DNA of 63,333 bases, filler included, from Craspedostauros australis (taxonomy: Eukaryota): assembly GCA_030167865.1 (NCBI GenBank). It is 4 parts of 4 records of this genome, joined end to end, with 100 filler letters (N's around TTAATTAATTAA, not from the genome) between each part and the next. Parts side by side here need not be neighbours in the genome. Positions count along the whole stretch, not along the records: positions 27,233 to 53,217 come from JALAGF010000364.1; positions 53,318 to 63,333 come from JALAGF010000365.1; 2 more parts are not named here. One strand, 5' to 3'. Numbering within the stretch: the stretch's first letter is position 1; the number at the start of each line of letters is the position of its first letter. The notes under the pieces are model-generated. The model saw nothing but the letters and a program-made list of their open reading frames with translations, had not been told where the DNA came from and ran no database searches. The position numbers were made by a program, and so were the translations under genes. Below, piece after piece: positions 45,302 to 55,396 of this stretch.

Positions 45302-48300
45302 ATGAGGTTCGATCTGGACGGTCTCGATGTGTTCTTTCCGTACGATCGGATCTACCAGGAACAGCATCAGTACATGCGGTCGCTGAAGCAATCCCTGGAT
45401 GCGGGCGGTCACTGCCTGCTCGAAATGCCCACCGGGACAGGCAAGACTGTGTGCCTGCTCTCGCTGATCACGTCCTACCAGTACGCCAACCCATCCTGCG
45501 GCAAGCTCGTCTACTGCACACGTACGGTGCCCGAAATGAATCATGTGGTGGAAGAGCTGGGAACCGTGCTGGCCTACAGAGCTAACCAGCTGCAGTTGCA
45601 GGAGGATGAGCAACGGCAACAGCAACAGCAGGTGCAGTCACGGGCACAAGCACAGGCGCCGCAGCAAGATGTGGACATGGAAGACACAGTTTCTGGATCT
45701 GCAGAGGGACCCACGTCGAATGGTGGTGCCGGCACGAGTTCCAACCCAGATGCGAGTGCTGACACAAGCACGAGTGCGGGACCTGTCCGCAAGAAGCCGC
45801 GGCGCATCATTCGGGGCGCAAAGAAAGGCAGAGACGCGATGGGACCGTCGACGGATTTCAAAGGGGCCGGTGGCAACGGCGTCTTGGCATTGTGCTTGTC
45901 CAGTCGACGCAACATGTGCGTGCATGAACGAGTCATGGCGGAGAGTGATCGTGAGGCTGTGGATGCGGCGTGCCGCAACATGACGGCGTCATGGGTCGTG
46001 GAACAATCGAAGAGAAAGCCAGGCTCGATCGCCACCTGTAGCTATTACGACAACTTCCAAGAGGCGGGGGAGGCCACCAGCATGCCCAGTGGTGTGTACG
46101 ATCTGGAGGAACTAAAAAAGTGGGGACAAGTCAAGGGATGGTGTCCCTACTACCTCACCCGACAGGCCATCAACCATGCCAACATTCTCGTCTTCAATTA
46201 CCAGTACATGCTCGATCCCAAGGTCGCCAAAATGGTCTCGAAGGAGCTGGAAGCAGAGAGCATCATCGTGTTCGACGAGGCCCATAACATCGACAGTGTT
46301 TGCATCGAGGCGCTGTCGGTCAACATCAACGACCGGGGGCTGGATCAGGCAACCCGCTCGTTGGGAAGACTGAGCTCGGAGGTGTCCAGGATAAAGAACT
46401 CAGACAGCCAACGGTTGCAACAGGAGTACCAGAACCTTGTCAATGGACTCATCGATCAAGGGCTGCTCGACGCGCCAGCGAATGATGGTGGACTTGCCAG
46501 TGTGAGTCGTTGTTGTGTTGTTGCGTATACTGTAAAACTTGGATACGATGCTCGTGCCTACCTGTTGCCATTGGTGTGGTCTTGACGACATTTCCAGATT
46601 GCTCCATGAGCGCGGCTCGTGCTGCGATGGCTGAAACACTATGAAACCAAAAAGGAGGGAGGATGCCACGAATCTGCCGAATATTGCGTCCGTGCCCAAT
46701 GTTGTCACATTCCATGCAATCCATCATACTCTCTAGTATCTCACATCCGCGACAATACTCTACGTCCGTACGGCACTTCAATTTCCTTCACAGAATGTCC
46801 TGAATCCCGATGTTCTCAACGAGGCCGTGCCGGGCAACATTCGAAGGGCTGAGCATTTCATCGGCTTCATGAAGAAGGTCGTGGAGCACCTCAAGGCCCG
46901 GTTACGATCGGTTGCAGGCCCCAACGGCGGCGTGCAAAGCGAAACACCTCTGGCCTTCCTGCATCGCATGACGAATGGTACATCACTTGAGGCAAAGCCA
47001 TTAAAGTTTGCCTACTCGCGACTTTCATCATTACTGCGGACGCTGCAAGTATCCAACCTGGACGATTTCAACTCCTTGACGGACGTGGCTGATTTCGCCA
47101 CGTTACTGGCGACGTACTCCGAGGGTGTGGCGAAGTTTGCAATCATCATGGAACCCAACGCATCGTCGGTACCAGGCGCGTCGGACCCCGTCATCCAACT
47201 GAGCTGCTTGGATTCCTCGTTGGCAATCGCGCCCATCTTCAAACGTTTCGGCAGCGTCGTCATCACATCTGGCACGCTGTCGCCGATCGATCTGTACCCA
47301 AAGCTGTTGCAGTTCGAGCCTTGCATCTCGCAGTCCTTGAGCATGTCCACATTCCGGCCATGCATCCGGCCCCTCGTCATCACTCGAGGTTCCGATCAGT
47401 TGTCAGTATCCACAAAGTTCGAGGACAGAAATGATCTGGGGGTCGTTCGTAACTACGGTGCGATGCTTGTCGAGTTGTGCAGCGTCATCCCAGATGGTGT
47501 TGTGGCATTCTTCACATCGTACACGTACATGGAATCGCTCATAAGCGAATGGGACGCAATTGGCATCTTGCGAGACCTCACGAAGGCAAAGCTGGTGTTT
47601 ATCGAAACGAAGGATGTCGTGGAAACGACGTTGGCGTTGGACAACTATAGACGTGCCTGCGATTCTGGACGCGGCGCTGTCTTTCTTTCAGTCGCGAGAG
47701 GAAAGGTGAGCTTCACGCATCGGCAGCGCAAAGACGAAGTCGGTGATTGATGTTGACGATTGCAATGTTTCTGCTTGCTGCTTGCTGCTTGCTGCTTGCT
47801 TTTGAGAGGGTATCTGGCGATGTTGGGGATGATCCATATCACCCAAGAGAGAGAGAGAGAGAGAGAGAGAATGTGCGTTTTGGTCTGTTGGTGGTACACA
47901 TGATGTTTTGCGCATGGAGACCTTCGTGCGGCGCTCGCAATTGCAATCGCACTCATACTCATACTCTCACATACTCATAACTGCGTTGCCGCCGACCTTC
48001 ATGTCAATCCAATAATGCACAATCCGCTCGTACAAAAAAACAAGGTCTCGGAGGGAATCAATTTCGACCGACACTACGGACGTGCCGTCATCATGTTTGG
48101 CGTCCCTTTTCAATACACGCTGAGCCACGTGCTGCGAGCGCGATTGGAGTATCTGCAAACGCATTACCAGATCCGTGAGCAGGACTTCCTCAACTTCGAC
48201 GCCCTGCGGCAAGCATCGCAATGTGTGGGACGTGTCATTCGAAGCAAGACAGACTACGGGCTCATGATCTTCGCCGACAGCCGGTACAACCGCCACGAAA

Positions 48301-48548
48301 AGCGTTCCAAGCTCCCAAAGTGGATCTTACAGTTTCTGGACGAAGCGTATCTCAGCTTGAGCACGGACATGGCGATTCAGCACGTTCGGTACTTTTTGCG
48401 CATCATGGGACAACCGATCGATCAAACCGCGTTGCAAAGCGTCTTGCTGACTGTCGAGGAAGCCAATCGGTTGAACCCACCACCGAACCCAAAGACCGCA
48501 ACAGTCGCAGAGGAAGGAGCGATGATCACGGAGTCCATGAATTCCTAA
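45302..48548 (+). CDS. ERCC2: TFIIH helicase XPD/RAD3; exons 45302-46501, 46794-47705, 48045-48548
   Basis: [18 protein letters not shown], four Fe-S Cys (NMCVH, ACRNM, TCSYY, WCPYY), [32 protein letters not shown]. Introns 46502-46793 and 47706-48044 keep frame. Confidence 0.97.
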
Positions 48549-49026
48549 AGAGCATCGATAAGATGAATGGGCTTTTCCTTTCTGGGTTGTGGCGATTAGA
48601 TTTTACCCTCCACCATTTGATGCCGCTGCGAGTGGCCGCAATTAGTCGGACGAGTAGAGTGCCAGCATCGTACCAATAGAGTCCCATAGTATACGTACGT
48701 AGAAATGCATCATCTCCTGCAGGAACTAATGATGTCATCGTGCTCCATAATCTGCTTCCTCTGCAACACAGGAACACAGAAACAATCATCTAGTCTCCGG
48801 AGATGGCACTGTGCACTATTCTATTCTGATCACAGGCACGAGTATGTTGTGCTACTTCATCTGGTGGCGCTAGTATGAAGATCAAATGTGCTTCCTTTAC
48901 GAGCTACTCCCGTTGGACTGCCATCGAATACAACTGCTCGTCCAAGTATAATATGTACAGAGAGAAGCAGAGTAGCGTAGAGTAGAACAGAATAGAATAG
49001 AGTATTGTGTGGCATTGTACCCACCA

Positions 49027-50856
49027 TCAATTGATTCGTTTTCCCCAATCGCGAAGACCTGTGGGGACATCGAGACGATTGTTATTCAGCAAGTACATTA
49101 GCTCACGTTCCGCATCGATGGTGATGTGAAGCGGCAACCGGTGTAGCGATGCCCTGTCCAGCGTCTTGTACAGCCTTGATCCCGTATACTGCAGACTCCC
49201 ACCACCGTTGTGATCGGATGACGGCATGAGCAATCCTCGTTCGAGCAGCTGATTGATCGAGGATTCCAAAGGCATCTTGCTTCCCCTGTACCGTTCATAT
49301 TCCTTGAGTATTCGCTGTATTGACAGCGGGAGCATGATATCGTCACGGTGACTATCCCTAGCAAGTATGCGCCGTGCGCACAACAGCACCGCAGCTTCTG
49401 ATGCCGACATATCGAGCAGGGCCTGCATGCGTGGCACGACCGCCTTCCCATTGACGATCGGTATCTTGCTCGATCGGCTTTGCAACGAGGCGCCGGCTGT
49501 CACCAGCGCATCTCTCCAATATTCGACCTTGACCGGTGGAAGGGGAGCACCAGCCGTCTCCATGACGCAATCAAATCGATACAGCGAGACGGCTGTTGTC
49601 AGCACCCGCAAGAACCATCTCACATCCTTCCCCAGCGCGAACTCGAGTTGCATGCATGCTCGGACCTGACGCAGCATGGATTCTTCATCGTTCTCCTCGT
49701 CATCACCGTCATTGCTCGTGCCGCTGCCACCTTTGCTCCCCTTGCTAGAATCGTTGCCATCATCGGCCTTGTCTTCGTCCTTGCCTCTGTCCTTGCTCGC
49801 AGGGCCATTTGCCTGCAACAACCGCAGCACGAAATCTTGAAGAAAGCAGCCGTCGAGCTTGCGCGACAGGAGCTTCACCATATCCTCATACGTTTTCGGT
49901 GGGCGGATGTAAATGACCTTGCTGGTCCCCTCTGCTCGGCTCTGGATGCGCTTTTCCCACACAGACAACGTCGCGAAGTTCGACGTGAGGCCGACGAAGC
50001 AAAGGTTGCTGCCAGGCGTTGCCACTCTGTCGAGCAGATGGTACAGCAGCAGCTGTCTCTGGTCGTAATCCGCGAACATATCGAGCTCATCGAGAATGAT
50101 GAGGACGGGGATGCCATCCGCCTCTGCAAGCTCAAACGTGGATTCCAGCAAGGCCAAGTTCGATGCAAAGGATGACTTGCGAAGTCGCAGGATATAATCC
50201 TCATCCTTCTCGTGCCGCGCTCTCTTCTTGGCCGGCCGTCCCTTGCCTTGCCAGCTCTGTTGGGTGTCGGACTTGATGGTCGACATGACGCCATCCACGA
50301 TATCCATATGTTCAGGCTGCTCACCATCATCACCATCACCATCTCCATCGTCAGCAGTCGTCCCACCATATCCGTTGCAAACACGACCAACTCCTCGTCT
50401 GCTTTCATCGCGAGCCAAGCTGGAGAGCTGCCGGATGATCTCGACGATGACTTGGTTGACGTCGTCGCCACGCACGATGATGCCATTCAGCTGCACCCTT
50501 CGGAACTTCGTATCAGGTTGCTGCCAAAGACATGCCGAAAGACACTGCTCCAACAACATGGATTTTCCGCTGCCTCTGGGTCCCATCAAGATGGCCGATG
50601 CCATCGTGGAGTCTCCATGGCACAGGCAAGGGTACAGCACGGAATGCAGCTCCTGGAATGCCGTCTCCAATCCCAACGGTGCATATTCTCGCATCACGCT
50701 TGCTTTTTCCGTGCCTTCTCTTGTCTGCGCAGCGGCGCCATCGCTTTCGCGTTTGTATTTGGTGGCTGATGTTGCCTGCTCGGAACCGCCCAGTTGCAGC
50801 AACGCCACATCCAAGTTGGCGATCGCCTCATCCACAGTTATCGAGGACTGTTCCAT
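49027..50856 (-). CDS. ORC4: Origin recognition complex subunit 4
   Basis: Walker A GPRGSGKS, VQLNG, Walker B ILDELDMFA followed by QLLLYHLLD, EKRIQSR, C-terminal winged-helix-like region. Confidence 0.88.
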   Translation of the reverse strand: MEQSSITVDEAIANLDVALLQLGGSEQATSATKYKRESDGAAAQTREGTEKASVMREYAPLGLETAFQELHSVLYPCLCHGDSTMASAILMGPRGSGKSMLLEQCLSACLWQQPDTKFRRVQLNGIIVRGDDVNQVIVEIIRQLSSLARDESRRGVGRVCNGYGGTTADDGDGDGDDGEQPEHMDIVDGVMSTIKSDTQQSWQGKGRPAKKRARHEKDEDYILRLRKSSFASNLALLESTFELAEADGIPVLIILDELDMFADYDQRQLLLYHLLDRVATPGSNLCFVGLTSNFATLSVWEKRIQSRAEGTSKVIYIRPPKTYEDMVKLLSRKLDGCFLQDFVLRLLQANGPASKDRGKDEDKADDGNDSSKGSKGGSGTSNDGDDEENDEESMLRQVRACMQLEFALGKDVRWFLRVLTTAVSLYRFDCVMETAGAPLPPVKVEYWRDALVTAGASLQSRSSKIPIVNGKAVVPRMQALLDMSASEAAVLLCARRILARDSHRDDIMLPLSIQRILKEYERYRGSKMPLESSINQLLERGLLMPSSDHNGGGSLQYTGSRLYKTLDRASLHRLPLHITIDAERELMYLLNNNRLDVPTGLRDWGKRIN

Positions 50857-51307
50857 ACTCGTACTGTCGCTGTTTCGGGTGCTGCTCTGATACTGCGCTT
50901 CTCATGGAATGCTTGTGTTGTTCTTTGTGTCGGCATTCCTGCCAGTTTCATGCATCTCTACTGTATAGCATGCCCCTGTCGCTTCATCTGGTGTGGGATG
51001 AATGCCGTTCTCTTGGTTCGATCTGTCCGTGATGGTGGCATTGCGCCGGCTTGGAATTTGGAGGAAATCTGGGAATTTGAACCATGTTTGAGCGTTATAT
51101 TGATGTTAATTTGACGTTAACATGGGATACGCGGTAGAATGTATTATATTGTACTGTATTTTACAGTTGTCGCTTGTTCAACACGCCACCGAAGCCGGAA
51201 GAGAAACTGCGGAATGAGGACGACCATCTTCATGTTCTGCCGTTCTGGGAGACCACAGTACTCGTACTATTCTCTCTATTGCAATATAGTGTACGAGTGA
51301 CATTAGT

Positions 51308-52564
51308 CTACGGCGTGGGATGGATCATCTGAACGAAGGGCGACACCACAAACCCCGTTGGCATCTGGTTCGCAGAATTCGGTCGCACCGTATCCACCTT
51401 GCTCAGTGGTATCTGGATGGATGGCGTGATCCATGTTCCGCAGCTGCATTGGGCGCCCGACCATCTCCAATGCCCGATCTTGGTCGAGCACTTGGGGCAC
51501 TCCAGCCGCCCTTCGACTTCGCACCCATCTGGTGCCAGCCACTCCAGAACGCTGTCCCGGCAGAAGATGGATTGGCAGGCTGACATCGGTCTGTTCTTTT
51601 GGTAATTGCGCTTGTTGAAGGAGTGCAGGTTCTTGACGTGATCGTCGGACAGGTCGGTCTCATCCAGCAACATGAAGCGGCACTTGCGGCAGGCGTACCG
51701 CTGCTTGGTGACATCCGGGATTTTGCGTTCCTTCATCTTCTCGTGCTGCTGCGCGCGCGCTGTCTCTGCGTCAACGCTCACGAGTGACTTCTCTGCCGCT
51801 GCCGCTGCCTCGGTCTCAGCTTTTGCTTGCTCCAAGGCTCGGATGATTTCGAGCTTTTCTTCCTTGACGTGATCGCCCATGTCGATGACGCGCTCAGCCA
51901 TCTTGCCAGGTCCCATCGTCCGGTCGCCGATATGTTGTTTCTTTGCAGCTGGATCCAGCTTCTTGAAATGATCCATCTCCTCATGCAAGGTTTGGAAACC
52001 AAAATTGGGTCGAACTAATTCAACCTCAAGATGTTCCAAGTTGTTTGCAGCGAAGTAGTTCTTGATTTGCTTCTGATCGCTATTTCCATTTCCGTCGCCG
52101 TCGCCACTCCCATCATATTCGCCGGAATGATCTTGAGTTAACCCTTCATCTGCATGTGCATTTGCGCTTGAACCCACGCCTCCATGCCATTCGTATCCCA
52201 CCATGATAACGGCGGCCAGTGATTCCCTCACATCGTCATCGTCAAAGAATTGCGTGAGCGAGGAACCGTCAGCACAGTACACCAGCGATGCGAGGTACCG
52301 TATCTGCTCTCCTCTTTCATTGGTGTACGAATCCATCCTGGCTATGCATGGTACGAATTCGATGTCAATTTTCGGTTCGATCATTTGCGGCGGTGACGCT
52401 GGGACATCGCTTGACTCCGGCTGCTGCTGAAGTTGGGCGGTTTGGTCCTCTTCGGCTTGCATCACCTTCACTATCTCCATAATCTTCAGAAGCCTCGGTC
52501 GGTTGCAGCCGACTACAAAGATGCGGTGCACACCAGCACTCGTGGAACGTCTACTCTTCTCCAT
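51308..52564 (-). CDS. Protein with Yvh1/DUSP12-type C-terminal zinc-binding domain, no recognisable phosphatase domain
   Basis: YACRKCRFML..H..CQSIF..EGRLECPKCSTKIGHWRWSGAQCSCGTWITPSIQIPLSKVD. No HCx5R motif in the ORF. Confidence 0.8.
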   Translation of the reverse strand: MEKSRRSTSAGVHRIFVVGCNRPRLLKIMEIVKVMQAEEDQTAQLQQQPESSDVPASPPQMIEPKIDIEFVPCIARMDSYTNERGEQIRYLASLVYCADGSSLTQFFDDDDVRESLAAVIMVGYEWHGGVGSSANAHADEGLTQDHSGEYDGSGDGDGNGNSDQKQIKNYFAANNLEHLEVELVRPNFGFQTLHEEMDHFKKLDPAAKKQHIGDRTMGPGKMAERVIDMGDHVKEEKLEIIRALEQAKAETEAAAAAEKSLVSVDAETARAQQHEKMKERKIPDVTKQRYACRKCRFMLLDETDLSDDHVKNLHSFNKRNYQKNRPMSACQSIFCRDSVLEWLAPDGCEVEGRLECPKCSTKIGHWRWSGAQCSCGTWITPSIQIPLSKVDTVRPNSANQMPTGFVVSPFVQMIHPTP

Positions 52565-53217
52565 CTTGGTCTTGGTCTTGGTGCTTGAGCAATCAGTTCA
52601 ATGACAATAGCTTTGACGATGATATGATTGATGTGCTGCAAGCTGCAGGTGCGAGTATGATGGATGTGTTGTGAATGGTGCATGGGAGAAATGAGAACGG
52701 TGTGCGGGGAGTGTGTTGGTGATCTTCGAACTGCAGTGATGTCCAAGTTTTCGGTGTTCGGATCCGTTTTGTCGCAGTTTTGGATGTTCATTTGGTTGGT
52801 CTATTGGAACTAACTCAGAATCCACAGTAGATGATGTTGGTTTGTTGTAACTACGATGTTGGTCTTATTTGAAGTCGACTTATGTCTTCTGTTGTTGATG
52901 TTGATGCTGTTTCTGTTGTTGCTGTTGTTGCTGTTCTTGCTGCTGTTGCTGTCAGCACACAACCGGTTGTTTTGTTGCTTGGTTCCTTGTTGAGCCTATC
53001 TTTTCGTTTGACTCGTTTGACTCTAGTGATGTTCCCATCCCGTCGTGACGTCACACTTTCGTCTGGTTTCGCTCCAATACGCCCCTTCATGACGGGATGT
53101 GGATCATCGGATATGTCCTGGTGGTGTATGGCAACATAAGCACTTCGTTGAATCTTGTTCTCTGCAGGGATGGATGTCTGAGTTTTGGTGGTTTCTGCTT
53201 GCGTCGGTGCTTCTGGC

Positions 53218-53317
53218 NNNNNNNNNNNNNNNNNNNNNNNNNNNNNNNNNNNNNNNNNNNNTTAATTAATTAANNNNNNNNNNNNNNNNNNNNNNNNNNN
53301 NNNNNNNNNNNNNNNNN
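53218..53317. other. Assembly linker N44-TTAATTAATTAA-N44
   Basis: Same artificial 100-nt spacer. Confidence 0.95.
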
Positions 53318-53577
53318 CAACAGAAACAGAAACACAAAGGAGAGAACTAACTAAGTACTCAATAGTAGTAGGAACAAACAAAGTACCATGATGGGTGCAA
53401 ACCACATATTTATGTCTAATCAAGTACTTAGTCTTGCCAATTCCGACATAAAAAGTAAGCTTTTCTCCTTTTCCGACAACTCCCCGAGCGTTTGCTTATC
53501 GACAACTTTACTCGAACAACAACAACAACAACAACAATAGCATCGTCACAAGACCACACCCGCAGATCTTCCGCACC

Positions 53578-54168
53578 ATGACGACCACACGATCCGACGA
53601 ACCCGCCGCGAAGAAGCCCAAGACCGACGAGGAGCCGGCCGCGGACAGCCCGACGGGATGGGAGAAGCACACCATGAACATCAGCGAGGCTGTCATGAAG
53701 GCCGATGAAGGCAAGCACTTCGAGGACCTGGCCAAAGCCGATGTGACCGCCCTGCAGGGCATCGGGCCCTACTCGCAGCGCGTGCTCGACGCCCTGCACG
53801 TCAAGACCGTCACCGACCTGGCGCATTACAAGTACTACCACATGGCACGCGCGTTGGCGACGCTGGCCGAGACGGAGACGAAGGATGGACGATTGGCTAC
53901 GTCCGTCATGAACATCGACAAGGCCGTCGACAAGGAGTGGGAGTCCAAGACGCTGACCGAGATCCTGGAGGCGCCCACGGAGGCCCTGGAGGGTCTCACC
54001 AAGCAGGCCTCGGATCTGCTGGCCGCGTTGGGCGCCAAGACCATCGGCGAGCTCGCGACCCTCAAGTACTGCCGTTGGGCCGAGGCCATCGTGGAGGTCC
54101 AGAAGTACGAGAACCTCCTGACGGCCAAGGAGCGCAAGGTTCAGGCCCAGCTCAAGAAGCTTTCCTAG
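53578..54168 (+). CDS. Small conserved protein made of two ~75-aa helix-hairpin-helix-like repeats
   Basis: Internal duplication MNISEAVMK..ALQGIG..LHVKTVTDLAHYKYYHMARAL / MNIDKAVDK..ALEGLT..LGAKTIGELATLKYCRWAEAI. Strong C/G-ending codon bias. Confidence 0.8.
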   Translation: MTTTRSDEPAAKKPKTDEEPAADSPTGWEKHTMNISEAVMKADEGKHFEDLAKADVTALQGIGPYSQRVLDALHVKTVTDLAHYKYYHMARALATLAETETKDGRLATSVMNIDKAVDKEWESKTLTEILEAPTEALEGLTKQASDLLAALGAKTIGELATLKYCRWAEAIVEVQKYENLLTAKERKVQAQLKKLS

Positions 54169-55396
54169 ATGGCATGCCATGTTACGTCATGTCATCGTCG
54201 TCATCCGTGCGCATGTGCGGTCTGAGGGAACTGGGAGGTATAGCACTGTATTGTATTCTATAATACCATGCAACTATCGTACCAACACGAATGCTACCGT
54301 CCACGCTCTTCGATACGAGGAATAGGTCGCACTCCAACATACGGCACAGAAGGAGTGCAGAACGAGCATGAGGACAGCTGTGGAGAGTATGGTATTCTAC
54401 TATACTCTGTCGTAGAATACGGCACTATGTTTGCATTAAAAACAAAACCGAAGGTTAACATCACACCACGCAACAGCACACGATCGCTGTCAGTTTTGGA
54501 GCAGCGCTGGTTGCGGCTGTGTCCTGAGTACCGTCGACGGAGTGGAAACGGTAACACGACGTCAACGCAACAAAAGCCAACCTTCACCATGGTCAATTGC
54601 CTTCTCTCTCTTTCCGGTTTTGGTTTTGCGTTGGTCTTGTCTCGTTGCGCGGAGTGTTCGCATCGGCGAGGTTTCGTTCGGTTTCTCTTTGTTCTTCGTT
54701 GTTGTCGCCTACGACACGAATAGGACATTCGTCATTGTTACACGGTGAGAGCAAGATGAAGCACATCCAACCACACTTTTCGCGTTGGCGCGGGAGTCAT
54801 TGAGCGCCGAGCACACAGCGAAGCAGGGCTCGCAGAGAGGCCAACCAAGGATACTTTGCCAACAGCCATCACCAAGAATGGCGACAGTGTTGAAGTGGCG
54901 GTGTCTTTCCTCCATTCTCCACAAACTACGACCTGCGACTATGACTCTATTGCCTTGAACCACACAGACGAGTCCACCCGTTCATCATCAGTCCATCGTC
55001 AGTTCATCATTAGTTTGGTGACATTCCATTCAACGGCAGCAAGCTTGGAGGAGAAGCACTTCGGGAGATCCTCCGCTGCCAAAGATCGTACTCTGTCAGT
55101 CTTGCATTGGAGGACACGCACCACCACTCCACCATACATTGCATTGCTCTACTCTACATCACGTTACGTCCTCAATTACCTATCCATCAAAGTATAATAC
55201 AAGCTATACCCTCAAGGTGCAGGCGCTATTCATTGTGCTGCTCTGCTTTGCGTGCGAAGGCATCGCAGACAACAGCAGACACTGCTCTGTGCACAGATCG
55301 GCATTCCCGCATTACAAGCATCCGCACAAGGCAACAGCACTGCAAGCGCCAACACAAACACCATCCCCAATAACGACAATAACGACAACAACGACA

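Noticed and set aside
1041..50856. NBS1, XPD and ORC4 as a DNA-maintenance gene cluster
   Set aside because: NBS1 is on a different contig, separated by linkers. XPD-ORC4 adjacency alone is plausible by chance in a gene-dense genome.
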